From the NCBI GenBank assembly GCA_038244685.1, contig JBBRTD010000001.1, positions 259,569 through 323,568 on the forward strand: 64,000 nucleotides of DNA, written 5' to 3'. Under the pieces are notes generated by a model. That model was not told where the DNA came from. It did not search any database and was given only the letters and a program-made list of their open reading frames with translations. Position 1 is the first letter of the stretch. Each line of letters begins with the position of its first letter. The DNA comes from Minisyncoccia bacterium (GTDB lineage Bacteria; Patescibacteriota; Minisyncoccia; Phycocordibacterales; UBA9973). Position numbers and translations under genes: made by a program. Positions 9,858 to 18,626 of this stretch are shown here, piece by piece.

Positions 9858-12800
9858 GTGAAAAAAGTTTTATCTTATATATTAATATCTTTTGTAGTAT
9901 TCGTGAATCTCTTCGCGCCTATTGGGGTTGCATTTGATAAAAACAACATAGAAATTAATAAAAGTGTTGTTAGCGCTGCTGCTTATAATGTAAAACTTCA
10001 AGTTGAAGTCTTAACAAATAGCTCATACTTGGAAGTAAAAGCAAAAGTACTCGATAGTTCTAGTTTATTATCCTTTACTCCAGAGACAGGCTCGCTTTCT
10101 ACCTTCTTTGTTGAAGCTATTCTTACAAACAGTGATGGAACTTCTAATAATGATGCAAAGAAAGGGTTAATGTCCCAAGATAAAAATGGCATAGTCAGTT
10201 TTAATTTTGAAGGATTAAAGCCAGACACCTCATATAATGTTTTAGTAAATTTAATTGAATCAATAAACGGTTCAAATGGCTCAACCTTTGGGTCAGTTAG
10301 TTCATCAACCGATAATATCATCAAATTCGAGGAAGTTAAGGGAGTAAAAACTTTAGTAAAAGAACAAATCTCATCTGTTTCTCAGTCGGTTATTAGTTTA
10401 GATGCCGAAAAAAAACAGCCCGTTTCTTCTAAGAAATTACCAGCCTGTAGTATGAATCCTCTTTCTTTAAGTGAAGGAACTTTTGTTGGTTGTATTTCTC
10501 AGGCCTTCTATTACGTACTATTTGTACCAACTTCTTATTTATTTGCTCTAGCTGGTACATTTTTTGACTACACTTTTGCTTACTCTGTTCAAGACTCTTC
10601 TTATCGATCAGCCTTCGTTGTTCAGGGATGGGGACTTGTCCGCGATTTCTGTAATATTTTCTTTATTTTCGTAATGCTTTATATAGCTATCGGAACCATA
10701 CTAAGTCTTCATAATTTTAAAACAAAAGAAACAATTATTAATGTTGTTATCATTGGTCTTTTTATAAACTTTAGTCTTTTTGCTACACAGGTAATTATCG
10801 ATGCATCAAATATTACGGCCCGAGTATTTTATAATTCTGATTCAATAAAAATAACAGAAAAGGGGGCCAATGGTGTGACAGAAGCTACCACTAAGGTTGG
10901 AGATGGGGGAATAATACCACTATCAGCAGCTTTGGTTAATAAAGTTAATCCTCAAAATTTGATCACTCGTTCTGGCGAGATAAATAATATTCCAGACAAA
11001 GGAGGAGTTACTTCAGGATCAACAGGAGAAGATAATGCCAATATGGATGCTGGAACATTTATATTAATCATTGTCATGGCCTCCGCCATAAATATAATTG
11101 GCCTTAGTGTCTTTATGACTGTCGGATTACTCTTTGTTGCTCGTGTGATAGGTCTTTGGCTTGCTATGATTATGGCACCACTCGCATTCTTTACTTATAT
11201 ACTACCTCAACTTGAAGGCATTAAAATGATTGGTTGGAAAAATTGGTGGCCGGATACTCTTAAGCTTGCATTCTTAGCACCTGTATTTATTTTCTTCATG
11301 TATTTAATTCTGAAGTTTTTACAGATGGATTTAATTTCCGATCCAATGAATAAAACTATAGCCGCCGACGGATTAGGATTCTTTGTTGCCACAATTATAC
11401 CTTTCGCATTTATCATGATTTTAATGATGAAAGCAAAAAAAATAGCCGCTGACATGGCAGGTGAGATGGGAACCGCTGTCACAAAGATAGGGGCAATTGC
11501 TGGTGGTCTTGCTCTTGGTGCCGCATCAGGAGGTGCCGCTGTAGTAATGAGAGGTACCGTTGGAAGACTTGGTAGTTCTATTGCAAACTCAGAGAGACTA
11601 AAGAGTGCTGAATCAAAGGGTGTCTTTGGTGCTAAATTATTAAGAAACTTCGGAAAGACAGCCGGTAGTGGAAGTATGGATATTCGTGGAGTAAAAATTG
11701 CAGGTAAAGGTCTAGCTGATACAGGATTAAAGAATCTAGGTAAAGCAAAAGAGGGTGGATTCACAAAACTAAGAGCAGATAAAACAGCAGAAAGACAAAA
11801 GAGAGCAAAAGAATTAGAACTTGGAGAAGATTCAAAACTAAGTCTAGATCTAAAAGCAAAAGAAACACAACTCAAAGATCTTCAAAATGATAATGCTCAT
11901 GATCTTGAAAGAATTGAAGCAACTATAACAACAAAGAGACAAGCTTCTGAAGACGCAAACAGACTCTTATTAACAGATCCTAAAAATAATGTATTAATTG
12001 AATCTGCAAAAAGAGCAGCTAAAGAATTAGAAGATATAAAACAAGAAAAAACAGCAATAAGAACTGGTGGTCCAAAGAAAGATCATCACGGGAATATAAT
12101 TAAAAATCCAGATGGAAGTGTAGTTTACAATACAACAAATGGTAAAATTAGTATGACAGAAGTAACTGGATCCCAAAAAGCATCCACAGAGGCACAAAAG
12201 ATGTTGTCTGAACAACAAAAGAAAGTTAATGATGTTAAAACCTCGGCTGCTTCTAATCCAGATGTTGTCAGCGCTACAAACAAAAAGGCAAAAGCTGATT
12301 CTGATTTAATAAACGCTAACAATGCTCTTCTAACAGCTAAATCAAAACCAGGATTTATAATAGGTTCTGACGCAGCTCTTGTTTCTGCTGTTAATGATGC
12401 AAAAGCTGCTGCTGCTGAAGCAGAAAAGGAACTCATAAAATCAACAGATGAAGTTAAAAACCAAATAATCGCAGCTGAAGCAGAATTAAAAACAATTGAA
12501 AAGATTGCAACAGATGCTTCAGTTAAAGCCGCAGCAGACATTGCTGCATCAGCAAATGGAACAGGTAAATCAATGAATGAATTACAATTTAATGAAATTC
12601 CAGATGCTCATAACGAAGTGGCTCATGAAAATAATGCTCGTAAAAGAAATTATGCTACATACTTATCAAGTAACTCAAATAAAGTTATAAACTTCATTCA
12701 AAGTGGGGGACAGCATAGCTCCCTTGGTGCTGATGAAGCTGCATATAGAATAAGAATGAATGCAAAAATAGAGAGTAGCGGAGGAGGACATGCAGCACCA

Positions 12801-12890
12801 GCAGCAGCAGCTCATGCAGCACCTAAACCAGCACCAGCAGCCGCTCATGCAGCACCAGCAGCCGCAGCCGGAGGGGGAGGACATCATTAA
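9858..12890 (+). CDS. VirB6/TrbL-like polytopic membrane protein of a type IV secretion system. It has an N-terminal secreted domain and a long C-terminal coiled-coil plus Ala/His/Pro low-complexity tail. GTG start.
   Basis: Signal peptide, then about 190 aa of soluble sequence, then 6-8 hydrophobic helices over aa 200-520. Sits two genes upstream of VirB3-like and VirB4 genes. Tail ...HAAPAAAAHAAPKPAPAAAHAAPAAAAGGGGHH. TATAAT at 9843..9848, 9 nt before the GTG. Confidence 0.5.
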   Translation: MKKVLSYILISFVVFVNLFAPIGVAFDKNNIEINKSVVSAAAYNVKLQVEVLTNSSYLEVKAKVLDSSSLLSFTPETGSLSTFFVEAILTNSDGTSNNDAKKGLMSQDKNGIVSFNFEGLKPDTSYNVLVNLIESINGSNGSTFGSVSSSTDNIIKFEEVKGVKTLVKEQISSVSQSVISLDAEKKQPVSSKKLPACSMNPLSLSEGTFVGCISQAFYYVLFVPTSYLFALAGTFFDYTFAYSVQDSSYRSAFVVQGWGLVRDFCNIFFIFVMLYIAIGTILSLHNFKTKETIINVVIIGLFINFSLFATQVIIDASNITARVFYNSDSIKITEKGANGVTEATTKVGDGGIIPLSAALVNKVNPQNLITRSGEINNIPDKGGVTSGSTGEDNANMDAGTFILIIVMASAINIIGLSVFMTVGLLFVARVIGLWLAMIMAPLAFFTYILPQLEGIKMIGWKNWWPDTLKLAFLAPVFIFFMYLILKFLQMDLISDPMNKTIAADGLGFFVATIIPFAFIMILMMKAKKIAADMAGEMGTAVTKIGAIAGGLALGAASGGAAVVMRGTVGRLGSSIANSERLKSAESKGVFGAKLLRNFGKTAGSGSMDIRGVKIAGKGLADTGLKNLGKAKEGGFTKLRADKTAERQKRAKELELGEDSKLSLDLKAKETQLKDLQNDNAHDLERIEATITTKRQASEDANRLLLTDPKNNVLIESAKRAAKELEDIKQEKTAIRTGGPKKDHHGNIIKNPDGSVVYNTTNGKISMTEVTGSQKASTEAQKMLSEQQKKVNDVKTSAASNPDVVSATNKKAKADSDLINANNALLTAKSKPGFIIGSDAALVSAVNDAKAAAAEAEKELIKSTDEVKNQIIAAEAELKTIEKIATDASVKAAADIAASANGTGKSMNELQFNEIPDAHNEVAHENNARKRNYATYLSSNSNKVINFIQSGGQHSSLGADEAAYRIRMNAKIESSGGGHAAPAAAAHAAPKPAPAAAHAAPAAAAGGGGHH

Positions 12891-12898
12891 AAAAACAT

Positions 12899-13306
12899 AT
12901 GACTGAAAATTTAAAACAACAACTTAATGAAGAAATAGCAAAACTGCCCAGAGAAAAGCAGGAGGCTCTTCTTGCTTTTGATTGGATTAAAGGCATAGAA
13001 GAAGTTGGAAAAAGCTTTTCACTTACTGATGATGAAATAAACGATCTTCAGCTGGAGACTGGTTTAATCTTGGTTGGACTTGTTGATTTAAATTTGTATG
13101 CAATGAATATTGAAAACAATATTGGTATGAGCAAGAGCGATTCAGAAAAGATAGCTAAGGCTATTTTTGAAAAAGTGTTTACGCCTATAGCCAATAAAAT
13201 GGAGATATCAATAAAAAGCAAATTAGGATCAAGAAACCCAAGTTGGGATGAGAGAATTAACTTTATCGTTTCAGGAGGAGATTATTCTAGTTTTATAGAA
13301 AAATAA
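12899..13306 (+). CDS. Hypothetical cytoplasmic protein carrying one copy of a roughly 55-aa motif also found twice in the next gene.
   Basis: Motif LQLETGLILVGLVDLNLYAM...IFEKVF, compared with LDIETELLLCGLINTESYPK...IFKKMQ and ILEDITTKIMAGLITPSQYE...IFEVNE in the following ORF. Confidence 0.5.
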   Translation: MTENLKQQLNEEIAKLPREKQEALLAFDWIKGIEEVGKSFSLTDDEINDLQLETGLILVGLVDLNLYAMNIENNIGMSKSDSEKIAKAIFEKVFTPIANKMEISIKSKLGSRNPSWDERINFIVSGGDYSSFIEK

Positions 13307-13307
13307 A

Positions 13308-14558
13308 ATGGACAATACAACAGACTTATTACAATTTAAGATATCAAAAGCCAAAGACGAACTACCAGAAATAAGTAGGGTTGTTGTTGATTCTGTAAAT
13401 TGGAAAGAAATTATTCTAGGAATGAATAATAAATATAACTCTGAACAATTAGAATATTTAGACATTGAAACAGAATTACTTTTATGTGGACTTATCAACA
13501 CAGAAAGTTATCCCAAAGAGTTAGAAACTCGAATGAAAATATCTAAAAATGAAGTTAATCTATTGTTAAATGAATTAGATAGACTCATCTTCAAGAAAAT
13601 GCAGGAAGAAGTTGAAGACAAAATAAATAAAGAAGAAAAGATTTTATACAGCAAGAAGCCACTTATTCTTGATCCTCATTTTGTGAATATGCCCAAAGAT
13701 ATCCAAGAGGCGATTGCTGATTCAGACTGGAAAGAGAAGATATACAATCTAGCTGATAAATATAAAATTAATATTGAACAGACAGGAATACTTGAAGATA
13801 TTACTACAAAAATCATGGCCGGTTTAATTACTCCCAGCCAATATGAAGACGAAGTAAGGTCTAAAATAATTCTTCCAGAGGGTAAAACAAGAGATCTTAT
13901 TTTTGAAGTTAATGAGAGTGTCTTAGTAAAAATTAAAGAGATTCTTAAAAGCAAAAAGGAAGAGGTAAAGGAAGCCTTAGTTCCACTTCCTCCATATGTA
14001 GCAAAAAAAGAAGATGCAGTACCACTTCCACCACCTGCTTATAAAAAAGAAATTGTAATAGAAAAAGTAGAGGCTTCAAAAGAAATAATTGTTAATAAAG
14101 AAGTTAATAATTTAATAAGTATCAACACAGAAAGAGAATCACTAGAATCGGAAATTAGTAATTTAACTAAATCAATTAAGCCAAGCGTAGGGAATGATAT
14201 ATATAAAGAGCATGGGATAGAAATTCTTTCAGAGGATGAAGTTCCTAGCCCTAAAGCTCCAATAATTAAAGAAATAGAAAAAGTTGAATACAGAGAGGAG
14301 ATACCAACAATAGAGAAAGTAGAAACTATTACCCCCGTAACAAATAATGTTAAAAGTGATCCGGTTGAGATACCAGAAGTTAAGGTTAACAATTTTGATC
14401 AATCAAATATCATAGCCAATAAATTATTCAACAAAACAGCAAGTCAAAATATCGTCACTGATTATTCTATACCCAAGATGAATACCCAAGCTCAGCCGTT
14501 TATACCACAAGGTGGTGCTCCAACAAAACCTCATGATCCTTATCACGAAGCTATCTAA
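13308..14558 (+). CDS. Acidic Glu/Lys-rich hypothetical protein with two copies of the shared roughly 55-aa motif and a Pro-rich C-terminal half.
   Basis: Repeated motif seen in the translation. No transmembrane segment. Confidence 0.55.
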   Translation: MDNTTDLLQFKISKAKDELPEISRVVVDSVNWKEIILGMNNKYNSEQLEYLDIETELLLCGLINTESYPKELETRMKISKNEVNLLLNELDRLIFKKMQEEVEDKINKEEKILYSKKPLILDPHFVNMPKDIQEAIADSDWKEKIYNLADKYKINIEQTGILEDITTKIMAGLITPSQYEDEVRSKIILPEGKTRDLIFEVNESVLVKIKEILKSKKEEVKEALVPLPPYVAKKEDAVPLPPPAYKKEIVIEKVEASKEIIVNKEVNNLISINTERESLESEISNLTKSIKPSVGNDIYKEHGIEILSEDEVPSPKAPIIKEIEKVEYREEIPTIEKVETITPVTNNVKSDPVEIPEVKVNNFDQSNIIANKLFNKTASQNIVTDYSIPKMNTQAQPFIPQGGAPTKPHDPYHEAI

Positions 14559-14577
14559 TAATAATTAAAAAATAAAA

Positions 14578-14988
14578 ATGCAATTTAAAGTCCCACAATT
14601 TATAGACATAGAAGATAAGATTTTCGGACCTTTCACTTTTCACCAATTTGCTTACTTGATTGGTGGGGGAGGAATAGTCTTTGTTATATATAAAATACTT
14701 GGCTTTTGGTTAGGACTTATATTTATACTACCAATGGCAGGTCTTACTATTAGTCTTGTTTTTGTAAAAATAAACGGTAAACCTTTTGTTTATTATTTAG
14801 AAGCTGGTTTTAATTATTTTATAAATAGTAAGCTTTATATCTGGAAACAAAGATTAGTAAAAAAAGGTGACGCACAAGAAGAAGATATTCAAATTACATC
14901 AACCGTGTCAAAAGTGCCAATGGTTTCGGACAGTAAACTTAAGGATTTATCGTGGAGTCTTGATGTTCAAGACAGAAATAATCAATAA
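14578..14988 (+). CDS. Small two-helix membrane protein, VirB3-like by size, topology and position directly upstream of VirB4.
   Basis: 136 aa, two hydrophobic helices (LIGGGGIVFVIYKILGFWLGLIFILPMAGLTISLVFV). Gene order fits VirB3-VirB4. Confidence 0.45.
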   Translation: MQFKVPQFIDIEDKIFGPFTFHQFAYLIGGGGIVFVIYKILGFWLGLIFILPMAGLTISLVFVKINGKPFVYYLEAGFNYFINSKLYIWKQRLVKKGDAQEEDIQITSTVSKVPMVSDSKLKDLSWSLDVQDRNNQ

Positions 14989-15029
14989 TATTGATTATAG
15001 ATTTTTAAAAAATTATTAATTTAGTTTAG

Positions 15030-15040
15030 TGTGATATAAT
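15030..15040 (+). promoter_or_regulatory. Extended -10 promoter element (TGaTATAAT) 13 nt upstream of the VirB4 N-domain ATG. Predicts a leaderless or near-leaderless transcript.
   Basis: Sequence gtgatataat at 15031..15040. Confidence 0.4.
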
Positions 15041-15053
15041 ATTAATATAAATT

Positions 15054-15707
15054 ATGGCAATTGACGCAAGAGCAGCACAAGAGTTTGTACCAATAAAAGA
15101 GGTTCGTAATGGAATCGTCGTACTTAAAGACGGGGGACTTAGAGCAATCTTAATTGCTTCTTCCATTAATCTTTCCCTTAAATCTTCTGACGAACAAATT
15201 GCTATTATAAATCAATTTCAATCATTCCTAAATGGTTTAGATTTTCCGACGCAGATAGTAATACAATCAAGACGCTTAGATATCAGACCTTATTTATTAA
15301 TGTTAGAAAACCGCCTAAAAGAACAAACTGAGCCATTACTAAAGATACAGACTAAAGAGTACATCGAATTTATAAGATCTTTTACTGATGAAGTAAATAT
15401 CATGACGAAAACTTTCTTTGTTGTTGTTCCTTATAGTGCCAGTATTATAAAATCAAAAAATGGAATGATAGATAGTCTTTTAGGTGGAGGCGCTCCTAAA
15501 AAACAAGTTGAGGATACCAAAAAAGCCATGGATTTAGCTTCTTTTGAAGAAAAACGTAGCCAACTTGAGCAGAGAACAAACGTTATTATAAGCGGACTAA
15601 GTGGAATAGGAATAAGAAGTAGTCAGCTTAAAACTGATGAAGTTGTAGAACTTTTTTATAAGACATTCAATCCTGGAGATATTAGTCAGGGTATTAAATT
15701 ACAATAA
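15054..15707 (+). CDS. virB4: VirB4/TrbE/CagE N-terminal domain encoded as a separate ORF. Split gene or frameshift.
   Basis: The pattern FVPIKEVRNGIVVLKDGGLRAILIASSINLSLKSSDEQ...QIVIQSRRLDI matches the VirB4 N-terminal region. It ends 5 nt before the ATPase ORF in a different frame. Confidence 0.55.
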   Translation: MAIDARAAQEFVPIKEVRNGIVVLKDGGLRAILIASSINLSLKSSDEQIAIINQFQSFLNGLDFPTQIVIQSRRLDIRPYLLMLENRLKEQTEPLLKIQTKEYIEFIRSFTDEVNIMTKTFFVVVPYSASIIKSKNGMIDSLLGGGAPKKQVEDTKKAMDLASFEEKRSQLEQRTNVIISGLSGIGIRSSQLKTDEVVELFYKTFNPGDISQGIKLQ

Positions 15708-15712
15708 TTTTT

Positions 15713-17551
15713 ATGGGAATATTTTCATCATTATTTAAAAAAAGCGGGGGAAACGTTGCAGACCAAAGAAGTGCTGTCATGCCTGTTTTACCTACCGAAA
15801 TATACAAAGCCGCAACTCTTGAACTTCAAGACGTTATCGCTCCATCAGCTCTTCAGATAACACCTAGAGCCATAAACTTAGGGGATAAGATAGCTAGAAC
15901 TTTCTTCGTTATATCATACCCTAGATATCTTACAGATAATTGGTTTTCTCCAATTGTGAATTTAGATAAAGTTTTCGACGTTTCTATTTTTATTCACCCC
16001 ATTGAAACAGCCGATGTTTTAAGATCTTTCCAGAAAAAAGTAGCTGAGGTTCAGAGTCAGATATCTATTCGTGAATCAAAAGGTCTTGTTCGTGACCCAA
16101 TGTTAGACACTGCCTACCAAGACCTAGAAGGTCTTCGTGATAACTTAATGCAAGCCCAAGAAAAAATGTTTGACGTTGGATTATATATTACGGTATATGC
16201 TGATAATGAAAATGATTTATTTAAAATAGAAAGTGAAGTTAAATCATTACTTGATTCTAAGCTTGTTTACCTAAAGCCAGCCTTATTCCAACAAAATGAA
16301 GGGTTTAAAAGTGTTATTCCACTTGGCATGGACATACTTGGTATTCACCAAAAGTTAAATACTGAACCACTTTCAAGTATTTTTCCATTCGTTTCTTTTG
16401 ACTTAACATCAGATAAGGGTATTTTATATGGAGTAAATAGACACAATTCAAGTCTTATTATTTTCGATAGATTCTCTCTTCCAAACTATAATTCTATAAC
16501 CTTCGCAACGGCAGGAGCTGGAAAATCATATGCCACAAAACTTGAAATCATAAGAACGTTAATGTTCGATACAGAAGTAATAGTTATTGACCCTGAACGT
16601 GAGTATGAATATTTAGCTGAAGCTATTGGTGGTAGATATTTTAATATATCTCTTTCTTCTGATCACCATATAAATCCTTTTGATTTACCAATTCCAAGCA
16701 AAGATGAAACAGCTGCTGATGTTTTGCGTTCAAATACAATAAACCTGGTTGGATTATTTAGAATAATGCTAGGAGGTCTTACTCCAGAAGAGGATTCAAT
16801 AATAGACAGAGCAATTACTGAGACTTATGCTTTGAAAGATATTACAGCTGACTCAAATTTTGCCAATATTGAACCACCACTTCTAACAGACTTTGAAGTT
16901 GTATTGGCTGGTATGGAAGGAAGTAATTCTTTAATACAACGTTTAACTAAATATACACATGGATCTTGGTCTTCTTTTATAAACAGACCCTCCAATGTCG
17001 ACATTAACCGTAAATTCGTAGTTTTCTCTGTCCGAGATATGGAAGACGAACTAAAACCAGTAGCCATGTATATAGTTACTCACTTTATATGGAATGCGGT
17101 TCGTAAAAATCTAAAAAAGAGACTTCTGGTTGTTGATGAGGCTTGGTGGATGATGAAATCAGAAGATACTGCCTCTTTCTTGTATTCTATTGCTAAAAGA
17201 GGACGTAAATACTATTTAGGGCTTGCTACCATTACTCAGGACGTAGGAGACTTTATGAAAAGCCCATATGGTATTCCAATAGTAACAAACTCATCTATTC
17301 AGCTTTTGCTTAAACAATCTCCCGCAACCATAGATGTCCTCCAAAAAACCTTTAATTTAACTGATGAGGAAAAATATCTACTCCTTGAGGCAAATGTTGG
17401 AGAGGGAATATTCTTTGCAGGACTAAAGCACGTGGCAGTTAAGACAATTGCTTCATATACAGAAGATCAAATCATTACATCTGATCCATCACAAATCCTT
17501 GCAATCAAGAAGGCCAAGGATGAATTAGATACTTCCATTAATCCACAATAG
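15713..17551 (+). CDS. virB4: VirB4-family type IV secretion ATPase, C-terminal NTPase part.
   Basis: Walker A FATAGAGKSYATK and Walker B LLVVDEAWWMM. Architecture typical of the TraC/VirB4/AAA_10 family. Confidence 0.85.
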   Translation: MGIFSSLFKKSGGNVADQRSAVMPVLPTEIYKAATLELQDVIAPSALQITPRAINLGDKIARTFFVISYPRYLTDNWFSPIVNLDKVFDVSIFIHPIETADVLRSFQKKVAEVQSQISIRESKGLVRDPMLDTAYQDLEGLRDNLMQAQEKMFDVGLYITVYADNENDLFKIESEVKSLLDSKLVYLKPALFQQNEGFKSVIPLGMDILGIHQKLNTEPLSSIFPFVSFDLTSDKGILYGVNRHNSSLIIFDRFSLPNYNSITFATAGAGKSYATKLEIIRTLMFDTEVIVIDPEREYEYLAEAIGGRYFNISLSSDHHINPFDLPIPSKDETAADVLRSNTINLVGLFRIMLGGLTPEEDSIIDRAITETYALKDITADSNFANIEPPLLTDFEVVLAGMEGSNSLIQRLTKYTHGSWSSFINRPSNVDINRKFVVFSVRDMEDELKPVAMYIVTHFIWNAVRKNLKKRLLVVDEAWWMMKSEDTASFLYSIAKRGRKYYLGLATITQDVGDFMKSPYGIPIVTNSSIQLLLKQSPATIDVLQKTFNLTDEEKYLLLEANVGEGIFFAGLKHVAVKTIASYTEDQIITSDPSQILAIKKAKDELDTSINPQ

Positions 17552-17560
17552 TTTCCATTA

Positions 17561-17598
17561 CAACTGATTAATTTAAAAAATTAATCAGTTGTTTCGTT
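17561..17598 (+). terminator. Rho-independent terminator after VirB4.
   Basis: Inverted repeat caactgattaa / ttaatcagttg followed by a T-rich tract. Confidence 0.7.
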
Positions 17599-17623
17599 GT
17601 CTAATCTATCGTATAATATAGAA

Positions 17624-18622
17624 GTGAAATATTCTCTTAAAAAAATCTTGTCCGTTACTATATTCGTTTTATTAAGTATTTTTTTTGTATCGAAATATTC
17701 TAGTGCAGCAATTGAAATTCCTATTCAGGATAGTGATATTAGCGTAGAAACAATACCAGAAAACCCAGAGCCCTACCAAGATGTAACAATAAAGATTAGT
17801 AGTTATGCAACCGATTTAAATAAAGCTAAGATTGATTGGCAAAATAATTCGAAACTTATTTTATCCGGAATTGGCAAAACAAGCTATTCCTTTAAAGCAC
17901 TTGGCCCAAATAGTGCCTTAATTTTTAATATTGCAATAACACCAGAAGGTTCTATAAATAAAATAAACAAACAAGTCGCAATAAAACCATCAGAAATTGA
18001 TCTTTTATGGGAAGCGGTAGATGGATATACTCCACTTTTTTATAAAGGTAAGTCTTTTGTATCAGCCGAAGGTATAGTCAAAGTTGTAGGTATTCCAAAT
18101 ACAAATACCATTAAATCAGGGAAGGGTAGTATGTCTTACTCTTGGAAATCTAAAGATAGTAATGTTGCAGGAGCTTCTGGTTACAACAAAGACTCTTATG
18201 TTTTTAAAAATAATGAACTAAATAGCCAAGAAGAAATTACAGTTACGGCTTCTTCGGTTGATGGACAATATGATGCTACTAAAAAAATAATAATTCCCAT
18301 AATTTCACCTAAAATTATTTTTTATAAAAAATCTCCCGCTGATGGTATTTTATACAACAAGGCTTTGATAGATGACACCTTTGTTGAAGAGAATGAAATT
18401 ACAGTAGTAGCAGAACCATACTTTTTGGCATTAAAAAACAAAGAAAATGCTTTTACTTATAATTGGAAAATAAACGGTGAGGGTATTACTACTCCTACAA
18501 AGAAAACAGAATTAACAATCCGACCATCTGCCCGCGGGGGATATGCCACAATAAGTATTGTCATGGAAGATTTAAAATCATTCTTCCAGAAAGTCACCGG
18601 TCAATTAAAATTAACTCTATAA
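17624..18622 (+). CDS. Secreted hypothetical protein. Start reassigned to the GTG preceding a canonical signal peptide (MKYSLKKILSVTIFVLLSIFFVSKYSSA).
   Basis: TATAAT at 17613..17618, 5 nt before the GTG. Signal peptide. The ORF-track start at 17597 is a TTG lying inside the terminator. Confidence 0.55.
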   Translation: MKYSLKKILSVTIFVLLSIFFVSKYSSAAIEIPIQDSDISVETIPENPEPYQDVTIKISSYATDLNKAKIDWQNNSKLILSGIGKTSYSFKALGPNSALIFNIAITPEGSINKINKQVAIKPSEIDLLWEAVDGYTPLFYKGKSFVSAEGIVKVVGIPNTNTIKSGKGSMSYSWKSKDSNVAGASGYNKDSYVFKNNELNSQEEITVTASSVDGQYDATKKIIIPIISPKIIFYKKSPADGILYNKALIDDTFVEENEITVVAEPYFLALKNKENAFTYNWKINGEGITTPTKKTELTIRPSARGGYATISIVMEDLKSFFQKVTGQLKLTL

Positions 18623-18626
18623 AAAA

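Noticed and set aside
11207-11875. 222-aa minus-strand ORF (and similar antisense ORFs at 1142..1462, 8402..8815, 12125..12541, 40236..40856, 54647..54916, 61935..62231).
   Set aside because: Each lies entirely antisense inside a well-supported longer CDS (the VirB6-like gene, polA and others). Each has low-complexity or codon-shadow composition and no motif. They are treated as spurious shadow ORFs.
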